A DNA stretch of 44,924 nt from Myxococcota bacterium (GTDB lineage: Bacteria; Myxococcota_C; UBA6777). The notes beneath the pieces are model-generated. The model was not told the origin of the DNA. It saw only the letters and a program-made list of their open reading frames with translations, and did no database searches. Of the stretch, positions 10,558 to 20,588 are shown one piece after another; within the stretch, counting starts at the first letter, position 1; each line of letters opens with the position of its first letter. Made by a program: the position numbers and the translations under genes. The DNA lies in the NCBI GenBank assembly GCA_023150835.1, contig JAKLKB010000042.1, forward strand, positions 1 to 44,924, written 5' to 3'.

Positions 10558-12066
10558 ATGCTCTACATCGTCTCAACATTTAGCGGACTCTTTCTCACGT
10601 TGTTTTTGGTTTTTGGTGTGCAGAAACTAGCGCATCGCCTAGGGGCGATCTCTTACCCGGGTGGGCGATCCGTTCATCGCGAACCCACCCCACTCCTCGG
10701 CGGGATCGCGATCTATGTCGCTCTTTCCACCGTCAGTCTGCTCGCGCTCTTCTTCACACACGGACCGATCATCCAAGCACTTTGGCTCTACAAGTGGAAG
10801 TTGCTTGGCGTTTTTCTCGGCGCAACGTCTATCCTGATCGTCGGCATCATCGACGATATCGTCGCTCTCCGAGCGCGCACCAAACTTCTTGGACAACTCT
10901 TCTCTGCTTTGATCTGCGTTGCTTTTGGTTTTAGTATCCCCGCCGTAAGCATCCCCTATCTTGTCGATATACCCTTTGGCACGTTGGGAAGCATCGCTTT
11001 TGTCGTGTGGACCATCGCCATCATCAACGCCATCAACTTGATCGACGGCATGGATGGGCTGGCTTCTGTTGTATGCTTCTTTGCCGCCCTTGGCAACGGC
11101 CTGATCGCGCTGTGGCTTGGAAACCCCTTCATCGCCTTCTTTTCGTTTACCCTCGCGGGTTGTCTTGTCGGCTTTTTGTACCACAACTTCCCCCCCGCCA
11201 AGATCTTCCTCGGTGATACAGGAAGTATGCTGCTCGGCTTTTTGCTTGCCGTTGTCGTTGTCGGTGGCAATATGCAAAAACGCGATACTTCCTTGATGAT
11301 CTTGGCTCCTCTGCTCTTGCTTGCCTTTTCTTTGCTTGACGTCTTTCTCTCGATCATTCGCCGCTTTGTTCGTGGAAAGCCGATCATGTCCTCGGATCTT
11401 GGGCATATCCATCACCGACTCATGCGACGCTTCCGCAATCCTCGCCGTGTCCTTTTTATTGTTGGCCTGTTTTCGATGTTTATGACCTTCGTTTCGATCG
11501 GCACACACCTTTTTGCGGCCACTCCCGCGATCTTTTGGCTCCTGCTTTTGCTTGCAGCCTTCGTTTTGTTCTTTTTTGTTTTTATCTTGGGATACTTCCG
11601 CGTTGACCGCTTGCGCGATGTTCTCGACAACCGCAGCGAAGTCAAGTTCTTCTTCTCCGTAATCGCTTATCTCCCCGGTGTCATCGAGCCTATCAAAACA
11701 CAAGAAGACCTCCTCCAAGAACTTGATTGGGTTTGCCGCGCCCTCAAACCCTACCAAGTCACCCTCTACGACGCCCAAAAAACAACACTCTACCACCACA
11801 AAAATACACGCCCTGTCCATTCAGAATTCCCTGCCCATACAGAAACTTACGCGCTCACCAACGGCGACACCTTCACTTGGGAGATCCCAATCCAACACGC
11901 CGATCCAACAAGCTGTGATCTCCGTCTTGCTTGGCGCGAGATCATCGTCCTCTTTGGTCAACAACTTCAACACATCGAAAAAGTCAGCCTCCACACCCAC
12001 CACGCCCTATCCACCGAGTCTCATTTCCCGCCCCCATCCTCTCACAACTCCCTTCCTCTGGTCTGA
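10558..12066 (+). CDS. Glycosyltransferase family 4 (MraY/WecA-like undecaprenyl-phosphate GlcNAc-1-phosphate transferase) with a soluble C-terminal extension
   Basis: PLLGGIAI, GIIDD, NAINLIDGMDG, NFPPAKIFLGDTGS, HIHHRL motifs; multiple TMs. Confidence 0.9.
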   Translation: MLYIVSTFSGLFLTLFLVFGVQKLAHRLGAISYPGGRSVHREPTPLLGGIAIYVALSTVSLLALFFTHGPIIQALWLYKWKLLGVFLGATSILIVGIIDDIVALRARTKLLGQLFSALICVAFGFSIPAVSIPYLVDIPFGTLGSIAFVVWTIAIINAINLIDGMDGLASVVCFFAALGNGLIALWLGNPFIAFFSFTLAGCLVGFLYHNFPPAKIFLGDTGSMLLGFLLAVVVVGGNMQKRDTSLMILAPLLLLAFSLLDVFLSIIRRFVRGKPIMSSDLGHIHHRLMRRFRNPRRVLFIVGLFSMFMTFVSIGTHLFAATPAIFWLLLLLAAFVLFFFVFILGYFRVDRLRDVLDNRSEVKFFFSVIAYLPGVIEPIKTQEDLLQELDWVCRALKPYQVTLYDAQKTTLYHHKNTRPVHSEFPAHTETYALTNGDTFTWEIPIQHADPTSCDLRLAWREIIVLFGQQLQHIEKVSLHTHHALSTESHFPPPSSHNSLPLV

Positions 12067-12321
12067 TCCGCTTGCTTTCATTTTTCTCACCCCGACTCCA
12101 ACTCCTCTCTGCATTTTTCTTCGGACATGGGAATCGGTGGCCAACATCTTCTTGAGGACATCTTACGCTTTTGTGTACACTCTTTTCGCGTCGATCATCT
12201 GGCCCCTTTGGTTGGTTTGCACAACCAAGGCATCTTCTGTTCGGCGTTTTTTAAGGACGTTTATTCTGTGCATCCTCGATCCATGACACGACGAGCACAC
12301 AATACGACCGCAGTGAGGCAG

Positions 12322-13773
12322 ATGATGAATCGTCATTCTCGGATCATTTTTCACCTCTGGCTGACAATCGCCGGTTTGTGCTTTCTTTGTTTTGCGCTTC
12401 TGTTGCTCGACGATCCAACGATGCTCTATTTCTGGAACGCATCGATCCTTTTCGCTATCTGCCTTTGCATCCTGATATCTGTGTATAAGCTTGTGCAAAA
12501 CGAACCAGAAATCGTGTGGACACCCATCCTTTGGTATACCTTTACCTTCGGCGTTTATTTTGGTTTCGGCTCCATGGTTATTCTCTTTGGCCCCCACCAA
12601 ACCATCGAATACATCAACGAGACATATCCGACCGATCAGAATACTCTGCTAAAAATCACCGCCCTCAATCTTACGGGCTTCTTGATCACCCTCTCTTCTT
12701 TTTTGGCTGTATCTTTTGTTCTGCCCCAAAACAACCCCACGCCGATCAACGAGGAGACAAACCTACGCCAAGCTCAATTTTTCGCCATACTTTTTCTCGT
12801 CATTGGGGTATCTGTTCGCTATGTTTTCGTTTTCCCTTACGTATTCGGCCTCACCAATTTCATCTTACCAAGCGCGATCAGCCAATTAGAAGTGCTTTTG
12901 TTGATAAGCATCGTTTTGATATCTTATTTGCGGGTCAAGACGCGAGGGTGGCTCTGGAGTAGCTTATTCGCTATATTGCTCCCGCTCGAAGCCGCTGCTT
13001 CTCTTCTTACCTACAGCAAACTCGCATTTCTTACGATGCCGATCGCTGCCGTGCTCGGCAGCTTTTTAGCCCACAAAAACATCTTCAAACTGTCCGTTTC
13101 AGGTATTTTTATCATAGTCGCTTATGCTTACATAAGCCCCCTAATCAGCGGCTCGCGCATCGAATTCGAAAACCATACCCAAGAAGCAGCCGCCTCGCCG
13201 TTCACCACGCGATGGAAGGTTTTGCAGATGGTCGCAACAAAGCAGGACGAGCAAAGCGAATTCGAAGAAAGTGAAGACAAGGTTCCCATGGGCTGGTGGT
13301 CTCGACTTTGCTACACAAACGTCCAATCCTTTGCATTGTATGAGATATCCGTGGGAAGCGAGTTCTACACCTATGAAAAATGGCCTTACTTTTTTATTCC
13401 CCGCCTTTTAATGCCCGACAAACCACAAATGACCGATGATGGGGCCGACTTTACAGAGAGGATCCATGGAACACGAACCAGCTCGACAGGTTTGGGCTTG
13501 TACATGGAGGGCTATTGGAACGGTGGGATCTTTGGGTTCGTTATCTTTTCGACTTATATGGGGCTGGTGCTGGCTTTTTTGTCTCGCCAATCCTTGTTCT
13601 TTGTCCTTCAACGCAAATGGCTCTATCTTCCGTTAAGCTTTATGTCCGTGCGGCTCGGCATAAACGGTCCGGTCGAGTGGTTTTTTTCTGGCTTTGTTGG
13701 CAGCATGGTTTTGTATTTCGGTTTCTATTGTATCTTTTGGTTTTTCGATAAATTAAAAATTATTCCTCAATGA
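12322..13773 (+). CDS. Polytopic membrane protein, O-antigen/EPS polymerase (Wzy)-like
   Basis: About 11-12 TMs with one large loop; FIPRLLMPDKP and EGYWNGGIFG resemble Wzy-like families; lies next to the wecA-like gene; GAGG before ATG 12322. Confidence 0.6.
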   Translation: MMNRHSRIIFHLWLTIAGLCFLCFALLLLDDPTMLYFWNASILFAICLCILISVYKLVQNEPEIVWTPILWYTFTFGVYFGFGSMVILFGPHQTIEYINETYPTDQNTLLKITALNLTGFLITLSSFLAVSFVLPQNNPTPINEETNLRQAQFFAILFLVIGVSVRYVFVFPYVFGLTNFILPSAISQLEVLLLISIVLISYLRVKTRGWLWSSLFAILLPLEAAASLLTYSKLAFLTMPIAAVLGSFLAHKNIFKLSVSGIFIIVAYAYISPLISGSRIEFENHTQEAAASPFTTRWKVLQMVATKQDEQSEFEESEDKVPMGWWSRLCYTNVQSFALYEISVGSEFYTYEKWPYFFIPRLLMPDKPQMTDDGADFTERIHGTRTSSTGLGLYMEGYWNGGIFGFVIFSTYMGLVLAFLSRQSLFFVLQRKWLYLPLSFMSVRLGINGPVEWFFSGFVGSMVLYFGFYCIFWFFDKLKIIPQ

Positions 13774-13831
13774 GGCGAAATTCACGGATGTGCATTCGGA
13801 CATATCGTGTAAACCATAGCAGTTTGACTTC

Positions 13832-13943
13832 TACGAAATCCGTCCGTTGTGTTATCGTAAAATGTAGGGGTAGCCCCCTGCGGCTGCCCAACCACAGGGC
13901 GTCTACGCGCTATTCTTCGATCACAGATCATTCGGATATCGTA
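13832..13943 (+). mobile_element. MITE family A copy 1 (TACGAWATCCG ends, internal GTAG REP hairpin)
   Basis: Ends tacgaaatccg...cggatatcgta; internal gtaggggtagccccctgcggctgccc; aligns over its length with 24038-24150. Confidence 0.8.
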
Positions 13944-13946
13944 TCA

Positions 13947-13990
13947 TACGAAATCCGAGTGATCTGTACACAAAGGGGAGTAATTTCGTA
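13947..13990. mobile_element. Short family A derivative abutting the methyltransferase stop codon
   Basis: Starts tacgaaatccgagtgatc, ends atttcgta, with tca on both sides. Confidence 0.55.
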
Positions 13991-14755
13991 TCACCTCGGG
14001 CGAAGCTTCTCCAGAACAACCGTCAAATTGGGATCAAGGGGCAGTCGTCCAGAAAAATACAAATAACCAAGCATTTGCTCGGCGATCGTGCGCGCTTGAT
14101 AGATCAAACGCCAACGGATCCTCTTGTGCAACGGCCCAACCACTACACGCGCTGCGTTGTCGACGCTCTTGACAACAAACCCGGACATCAGGCCGATCTG
14201 CTTCATACTGTACGGTGTGAGCGTACTTTGGTGAGTGATATCGCCGTGTTGGTAGACTCGACCAAACGGGCTTTGGCCGTTTGGAAAACGCGCAAGAACT
14301 TCTCCGCCCTCCCGCAAGAGTCCTGAAAAAATTTGAAAATAGAGGATTAATTCGTCACGCGTCAAATGCTCGAATACATCAAATGCCACGATCAAATCAA
14401 AAGGCCCCACCAACATTCCTGCTTCTACGAGTTGTGGCAGGAATCCTTCGTACACAGCAGGATGGCGCTGTCTCGTATGTGCGCAAAGCTCGGGGATGAT
14501 CTCGATCCCTGTCACCTGCGCTCCTTGTTGATGCGCCCAGTCCAAAAAAAAGCCTTGCCCAAAGCCGATCTCCAGCACGCGAATCCCTGACCGAAACGCA
14601 ACACGCCGCATCTCCATCGTATAAAGCGCCGCCAACTCAGGGGAGAGCGTTTGTTCCATCGAAGAGAGCAACCATTCCTTTAGCGAAAGGTAATGCTCAT
14701 CATATCTCTTTTTTGGCTCCTGAGAAAAAGACAATTTTGTTTCCTTTCTTGGCAA
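13991..14755 (-). CDS. Class I SAM-dependent methyltransferase
   Basis: VLEIGFGQG motif I, GIEI, FDLIVAFDVFEHL; start uncertain (TTG 14755 or a later ATG). Confidence 0.88.
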   Translation of the reverse strand: MPRKETKLSFSQEPKKRYDEHYLSLKEWLLSSMEQTLSPELAALYTMEMRRVAFRSGIRVLEIGFGQGFFLDWAHQQGAQVTGIEIIPELCAHTRQRHPAVYEGFLPQLVEAGMLVGPFDLIVAFDVFEHLTRDELILYFQIFSGLLREGGEVLARFPNGQSPFGRVYQHGDITHQSTLTPYSMKQIGLMSGFVVKSVDNAARVVVGPLHKRIRWRLIYQARTIAEQMLGYLYFSGRLPLDPNLTVVLEKLRPR

Positions 14756-14950
14756 TTTTTGCGCAATTAAGCTGCATCAACAACGCAGAGATCGCAAACA
14801 TCAAAAGGTTTGCTCCTCTACCCGTAGCACGGCGTATCACCACAGCCGAGGTGTGGAGCGCACACCACCAAAAACGAAAAGGTTTGTTGCTTGTTGCGCC
14901 TCGTGTTCGTTGAGCGAAGCGGAACTCGCAAAGGCTGCGTTGCATCGCGC

Positions 14951-17815
14951 TCAACGACTCGGTGACCAAGCACAACGAAAGCCGATATCTCGTGCGCGCT
15001 TCCACACAGGTTCGTTGTCGCGTGCATAAGTGCGCAGCTTCCATTCTTCGCGTGCGGAAGAAAGCCATGATCCGCCTCGCACGACTCGCTCACGGCAGTT
15101 TGCAACTTCCTTGATCGGGTTGTGCAATGGCAGATAGCGATACGCTTCTTTTTCGAAGCAATCGGTGACCCACTCGCGCACGTTGCCCGCCATGTCATAA
15201 ACTTGATAAGGGCTTTTGCCTTCCTTTTGTTGCGCACGCACACTTGGCAACAAGCCCAACCGACAACGCCGATAATTGAGCCGCCGGCAATCCAGCGGCG
15301 CCTCTCCCCACGGAAAGCGCCGACCATCGATGCCCCGCGCTGCTTTTTCCCACTCGGCTTCGGTCGGCAAGCGCTTTCCTGCCCACCCACAAAAACGCCG
15401 CGCTTCTTCCCAAGTCACCCTTGTGATCGGCATTTCTGGCAGATCTTGCTCTGTGCGGATGCGACGGCAAGCCCCTGCGCTGACGCAACGATCATATTGT
15501 TGGATGGAAACCTCGTTGCGATCGAGCCAATAGCGATCCAAGGTGATCCGCTCACGCGGCGCATAAGAAAAGACATCATTGCGCGAGCCAAAGCCCCGCC
15601 AAAAGGGGCCTTCGGGGATCTCGATCATGATCATATCAGGGACTTTTTCTTGCGGATACGTCGTCGCGCTCTGCGGTGTGGATGAGGATGGCTGACTGCG
15701 CGGTTCGATCTTTTGCTGCACTTGGACCGAAAGCCGCCTCCAAGCACTCTGGATTCGACCCCACCCAAGCGCCCCTGCACCCGCCAAGATCAACAACAAA
15801 GCAAGCAGCACCAACCCCCACGGGATGGAGGAGCGGCGCTTTCTTGGGCGGCGCGTATGGTGTAGTGGAGGTGTATCCTCCATAGCGATCGGCAGCGCAC
15901 CCCCCGAAGATCGAGGAGTCAAGCGGTTCGACGAAGAGGACGGAGGACTGAATTGTGGGCCGGTCGGTTCCGATCGAGGCGTCAAGCGGTTTGGCGAAGA
16001 AGATGGAGGCCCGACTTGTGGGTCGGTCGGTTCGGATGGGATCGCGATCATCTCGGCAGGATGGGCCGTTTCTTCGTGGCTCAAAGGGATATCAAACGCG
16101 GTAGGTGCGCTCTCCACCACATCTAGCAACGAAGCAGGCCCCTCCCCCACAGGCGACACCAAAGAACGCGACGGAGCGATGGATTGCGGATCAACGGAAC
16201 GCCCTGAATCTTGCGCAGGATCGGAGCTTGGCTTGGCTTGCGCGGCAACGATGGCTGTCGGCAAAAGCGAAGGTCGTGAAGAAGGCCCCCCTCGTGAAGG
16301 CGAAGCGTCAAGCATCCCTGCGGCAGATTCGGCAGGTTCGATGGTTTGCGCAGAACGAAGCGCGGGAGAGATGTCTTGTTCGGAAACAACAGGCTCTGCG
16401 ATGCGATCTGGAACTCCCGTAGCCATTCGTTCCGAGACAGCCGAAGACAAGGCCGCTTTCGGTGCGCCGCTTTGTGCCGAAAAATCGATCGGCTCCCCCT
16501 CGCTCGGCGACACCGTTTCGGCGCTGTGGAGCGGTTCGTTGTATCCCTTCGGATGGAGCGATGCGTTGTCATCGTTGGAATCGACAGGCTGGCTTCCGCT
16601 CTTGGGATGGGTAGATTCGTAATGTCCCTTGGGATGAGTAGATTCGTAATATCCCTTGGGATGGGCAGGTTCGTGATGTCCCTTGGGATGGGCAGGTTCG
16701 TGATGTCCCTTGGGATGGTCAGATTCGTAATGTCCCTTGGGATGGTCAGATTCGTAATGTCCCTTGGGATGGGCAGGTTCGTGATGTCCCTTGGGAGGAT
16801 TCGATTCGTTCGGTGGGCGTAGTGGGATACGCTTGCGTGCGGGAATCAACGTAGCAGGAGAAGCCCCTTGTTTGGCGGGCTCCTCGGGCGAAACGGATGC
16901 GTAAAGCTGCGTGCTGGAGGACGGCGATGCAGACACAGGGGGCGGCGAAGACCACAAAGGATCTTCTTTGATGGCTTGAGAAAAGGCTTCGCGTAGCTCT
17001 TCGCAAGAAGCAAAGCGCTGTTCGGGATCTTTGGCGATGCTTTTGCGCAACACAGCATCCAGCGCATCGCCGATCGCAAGGCCCTTTTCACGCAAAGAAG
17101 GAGCTTCTTCGTAAAGTTGCTTGCGCATCATCTCAAACGGCGGCATCGGTCGGTTTGGATGTGCAAAAGGCGTAGCTCCCGACAACGTCTCATAGATCGA
17201 GGCTCCGACAGCGTAGATATCGGCTCGATGATCGACTTTGTGGCTGCGGACTTGTTCGGGGGCCATGTAGGCAGGTGTTCCCAAGACCACACCCGCCTCG
17301 GTGAGTCGTTTGTCTTGCATCGCACGCGCAAGACCAAAGTCCGCGAGTTTCACTTGGAGAGAGCCTGCCACCAAGATATTGGCAGGTTTGATATCGCGGT
17401 GGATCACGCCTTCTTTGTGCGCGTATCCAAGGGCCGAAAGCACTTGCTCGAAGATCCGCCATGTATCGGGGAAAGAAAAACGCGGTGTTTGCTGCGAGCG
17501 TTGGATCAGGCTCTGTAGATCGCGGCCTTCGATGTACTCCATGATGATGAAGAACTCGTCTTGATCTTCGATGATCGCTCGGATGCTCACGATGTTTTGA
17601 TGCACCAAGCGCGCTTGCGTGCGGGCTTCGCGCAAAAAACGCTGTGGATCGATCAGCCGCCCTGTGGCTTCTTTCTTCAGGCGCTTGATCGCGATCGGGA
17701 TCTCCATCAAGAGATCCCATCCACAAAATACCACCGACGGCCCACCTTCCCCAAGCAAGCGATCGATCCGATAGATATCTTTTAAGACGCGACCGACATA
17801 ATCCTCCGCCAACAT
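14951..17815 (-). CDS. Ser/Thr protein kinase - low-complexity linker - TM - FGE/SUMF1 sulfatase-modifying-factor domain
   Basis: AIK, HRDIKPAN, DFG, GTPAYMAPE; TM GLVLLALLLILAGAGALGW; RLPTEAEWEKAARG, DMAGNVREW, RGGSW, IGFRC; AGGAG before ATG 17815. Confidence 0.93.
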   Translation of the reverse strand: MLAEDYVGRVLKDIYRIDRLLGEGGPSVVFCGWDLLMEIPIAIKRLKKEATGRLIDPQRFLREARTQARLVHQNIVSIRAIIEDQDEFFIIMEYIEGRDLQSLIQRSQQTPRFSFPDTWRIFEQVLSALGYAHKEGVIHRDIKPANILVAGSLQVKLADFGLARAMQDKRLTEAGVVLGTPAYMAPEQVRSHKVDHRADIYAVGASIYETLSGATPFAHPNRPMPPFEMMRKQLYEEAPSLREKGLAIGDALDAVLRKSIAKDPEQRFASCEELREAFSQAIKEDPLWSSPPPVSASPSSSTQLYASVSPEEPAKQGASPATLIPARKRIPLRPPNESNPPKGHHEPAHPKGHYESDHPKGHYESDHPKGHHEPAHPKGHHEPAHPKGYYESTHPKGHYESTHPKSGSQPVDSNDDNASLHPKGYNEPLHSAETVSPSEGEPIDFSAQSGAPKAALSSAVSERMATGVPDRIAEPVVSEQDISPALRSAQTIEPAESAAGMLDASPSRGGPSSRPSLLPTAIVAAQAKPSSDPAQDSGRSVDPQSIAPSRSLVSPVGEGPASLLDVVESAPTAFDIPLSHEETAHPAEMIAIPSEPTDPQVGPPSSSPNRLTPRSEPTGPQFSPPSSSSNRLTPRSSGGALPIAMEDTPPLHHTRRPRKRRSSIPWGLVLLALLLILAGAGALGWGRIQSAWRRLSVQVQQKIEPRSQPSSSTPQSATTYPQEKVPDMIMIEIPEGPFWRGFGSRNDVFSYAPRERITLDRYWLDRNEVSIQQYDRCVSAGACRRIRTEQDLPEMPITRVTWEEARRFCGWAGKRLPTEAEWEKAARGIDGRRFPWGEAPLDCRRLNYRRCRLGLLPSVRAQQKEGKSPYQVYDMAGNVREWVTDCFEKEAYRYLPLHNPIKEVANCRERVVRGGSWLSSAREEWKLRTYARDNEPVWKRARDIGFRCAWSPSR
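16601..16795 (-). repeat. 27-bp coding tandem repeat x~7 encoding PKGH(H/Y)E(P/S)(A/D/T)H
   Basis: Read directly from sequence and translation. Confidence 0.95.
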
Positions 17816-18001
17816 CCGCGATCTGCTCCTACAACAAGACTCCTTGGCTTTGCGGCGAATCCGCACACGCTCGCTGCTTCTGATGCGCGTGCGTGATGCT
17901 ACGGTCTTTGCGCGCCTCCTGCAAGTGTGGAGATGCCCCCCACTCCAAAAGAACGCATCTCTTCAACATCCGCAAAGACCGTATCTTCCGATACTTTCGC
18001 T

Positions 18002-19159
18002 TTAATTGCAGTGAAACGTCACTTTTTCGCTAAGATACGCCAAGGCTTTGGCATACACAAAATGATCGATCAAGATCTCGCGTTCCTTGAAGTCCCGAGA
18101 GAGGTTCTTTTCTCGGGCATCCAATGGTATCCCCAACGCTCCCGCAACTTCGCCCAAAAAGCCTTTGAGTTCTTTGCGATCACTCGCCAGATCGGCTTGT
18201 TTGGCGATCGCATACAAAAACAGCGCGCTTTTCAACCGAAATGTCGCATCCATCCGCAAGGTTGGATCCTCAAGCCATCCCTCCAACGAAGTCTCCAGAT
18301 CCTCCCGTTCCAAGCCTTTTTCGATCAAAAATCGCCCCTCCGTTTGTCGCCACCAGTTCTGGATCTCGGCTTCCACAAGCGCGGGAGACACATCAAACGG
18401 CGCACGCAATAGCAAGGTCTCCAACGTGATGCGCACCGCATCTTGCGCCATACGGCGCGCCCGTTGATCCAACAACAGCGCGATCACACCCTCCATCGTC
18501 TGCGCAAGATCCGTCCCCAACCCCATCCGCTGAAACAGCGATGGATCCGAAGCCTCTGGCACAACCAATCGAAACGCATCGCGCACTTCCACCGCAAACA
18601 CCGCCCCCATCCCCCGCGCCATCTCCACCCCAAAGTCGTCCGGTAAGACCACTTCGATCATCTTGGCCTGTCCCACAGGCGTACCGATCAGTTGCGCCCC
18701 AAAGCCCGGCAAAAACACGTCAGGTTCTACGATCAAGCGCATCCCTTCGTGCGCCGTCATCGGCAGCAAAAACCCACCCAGATAACCGACCAAGTCGACG
18801 ATCACTTCATCTCCTTGCTGCACCGCTTGGCCCGGGCCACGCGGATAACGCACCGCTGACTCATACGCCAACCGCTCAAAGGCTTCTTCGATCTCTTGCT
18901 CGCTCAACGCTGGCGGCGAAGGAACCTCGATCACTATCCCCTCCAAAGAAGGCAGGGATATCTCTGGAAACATCGATGGTTCTAAGCGTTGCTCCGTCAG
19001 CACTGACCTCGACTCCACAGCATGGCGGCGAAGGTTCGGCACGCCTCCTTGAAACGTCGGTATCTCGGTGAGATTGGACTTCGCCTCGGAAGCATTCGTC
19101 GCAGAAGGCGAGCCTTGTGTCAGATCAAAAGTCCCCTTGTTTCCGTGTTTGGTCATCAC
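18002..19159 (-). CDS. Trigger-factor-like protein (FKBP PPIase + C-terminal chaperone domain) without the N-terminal ribosome-binding domain
   Basis: GDEVIVDLVG, FLPGFGAQLIG, IEVVLPDDF, AVFAVEV match the TF FKBP domain; FDVSPALVEAEI and LYAIAKQ match the C-domain; no GFRxGxxP motif. Confidence 0.8.
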   Translation of the reverse strand: MMTKHGNKGTFDLTQGSPSATNASEAKSNLTEIPTFQGGVPNLRRHAVESRSVLTEQRLEPSMFPEISLPSLEGIVIEVPSPPALSEQEIEEAFERLAYESAVRYPRGPGQAVQQGDEVIVDLVGYLGGFLLPMTAHEGMRLIVEPDVFLPGFGAQLIGTPVGQAKMIEVVLPDDFGVEMARGMGAVFAVEVRDAFRLVVPEASDPSLFQRMGLGTDLAQTMEGVIALLLDQRARRMAQDAVRITLETLLLRAPFDVSPALVEAEIQNWWRQTEGRFLIEKGLEREDLETSLEGWLEDPTLRMDATFRLKSALFLYAIAKQADLASDRKELKGFLGEVAGALGIPLDAREKNLSRDFKEREILIDHFVYAKALAYLSEKVTFHCN

Positions 19160-19189
19160 ACCCTCAGTCTTTTTATCGGATCGTTGGAT

Positions 19190-20239
19190 CTACTGGGTGA
19201 GTTGCTGAAAGTTTCCAAGCAGTGAAGCCGCCAGCCCCAGACCCGGTGCAAAGGGCGCCGCCGCTTGAAGGGCATTTGCCACCGCACCCATCTTCTGTTG
19301 GGGTGTGCCGCCTTGAAAAGCGCTCGTCAAGCCCTGAAAGGCATCCATGATCCCGCCAAACTTGCCAAGCATCCCGCCGATCGGCGAGTTTCCAAGCAGG
19401 CCCCCCAACAAGCCACCCAGCGGCGACTTTCCAAGCGCTCCACCCAATGCCCCGCCAAGCGGTGACTGGCCACCGCCCAACAAGCCGCCCAACATCCCAC
19501 CAATCGGCGACTTTCCAAGCACTCCCTCCAACATCCCACCAATCGGCGACTTTCCACCCCCCAACAAACCACCCAACATCCCACCCAGCGGCGACTTTCC
19601 AAGCACTCCCTCCAACATCCCGCCAAGCGGTGACTTTCCACCTCCCAACAAGCCGCCCAACACCCCGCCCAGCGGCCCGCCCAAAGCCCCTCCCAACAAG
19701 CCACCCAACGGTGACTTTCCACCCCCCAACAAACCACCCAACATCCCCCCAAGCGGTGACTTTCCAAGCACCCCACCCAACAAGCCTTGCGCAGGATTCT
19801 GTCCCATCAATCCACCCAACAAACCGCCCAAACCTTTTCCTTGTGTCAATCCACCCAACAGTCCTCCAGCTTTTCCTCCCAGCAAGCCGGCCACCGCCTT
19901 GCCGATCCCACCGAGCGCGCCCCCCTGCGTCAACCCGCCCAAAGCCTTGCCGATCCCACCGAACAAACCTCCCGCCGCTCCCGCCCCTTTGGAAGCCGAC
20001 TTCGCTGCCCCTGAGATCCCACCGAGCGCGCTGCTGACGCCTTTGCCAAGCCCACCCAACGCACCGCTGATCCCCTTCCCAAACGAGTTGGCGATCCCAC
20101 CCAAACCTTTGCTCGCGCTGCTTTTGCTCGCGCTACTTTTGCTCGCGCTGCTTGCGCCGCTCACACCGCCGCGACTTGCTGCACCACTCGCACCACCACG
20201 ACCCGCACTACCCGCACCACCTGCACCGCCAACAGCCAT
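19190..20239 (-). CDS. Glycine-rich repeat protein (KSPLGGMLGGLLGGG / KSPLGGMLEGVLG units)
   Basis: AAGGAG upstream of ATG 20239; co-oriented with and 30 bp from the downstream gene; repeats conserved at the amino-acid level. Confidence 0.8.
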   Translation of the reverse strand: MAVGGAGGAGSAGRGGASGAASRGGVSGASSASKSSASKSSASKGLGGIANSFGKGISGALGGLGKGVSSALGGISGAAKSASKGAGAAGGLFGGIGKALGGLTQGGALGGIGKAVAGLLGGKAGGLLGGLTQGKGLGGLLGGLMGQNPAQGLLGGVLGKSPLGGMLGGLLGGGKSPLGGLLGGALGGPLGGVLGGLLGGGKSPLGGMLEGVLGKSPLGGMLGGLLGGGKSPIGGMLEGVLGKSPIGGMLGGLLGGGQSPLGGALGGALGKSPLGGLLGGLLGNSPIGGMLGKFGGIMDAFQGLTSAFQGGTPQQKMGAVANALQAAAPFAPGLGLAASLLGNFQQLTQ

Positions 20240-20396
20240 GATCGTCTCCTTTGTACCGCGCTTTGCGCTTTTTGGATGAATGGATCGAATTCGAGAAACC
20301 TATCGCCCCCTTTGTCTCTGTGATCTTCGACACATCTTCGACCGAGGTTGTGACTTTTTTCGCTCTTTGTGGTAGGCATCAATTGGTTTGGGTGGT

Positions 20397-20454
20397 TTTT
20401 GTGGGGCAAAGCCACCCCCCCCCCACAACCAAGGGCGCGGCCCCCTTGACCCCG
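20397..20454 (-). repeat. Double-hairpin dispersed palindromic element, copy 1
   Basis: Reverse complement reads cggggtcaagggg...cccttg...tgggg...ccccacaaaa, the same skeleton as 38222-38275. Confidence 0.65.
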
Positions 20455-20588
20455 TATCAGCGGGGTGAATAGACGTTTTTCAAATCAACAGCGCTGCCGC
20501 TTGATCTGCCGCGCACGCGGATTTTTTGGTAGCTGCATCAGTTCGATAACAAATCACTCCACACACCTGCACACAAAAGAGGTCTTTG

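Noticed and set aside
19347-20279. 310-aa Pro-rich + strand ORF
   Set aside because: Antisense shadow of the Gly-rich gene (GGN read as NCC/CCN); the minus-strand ORF has the RBS and operon context
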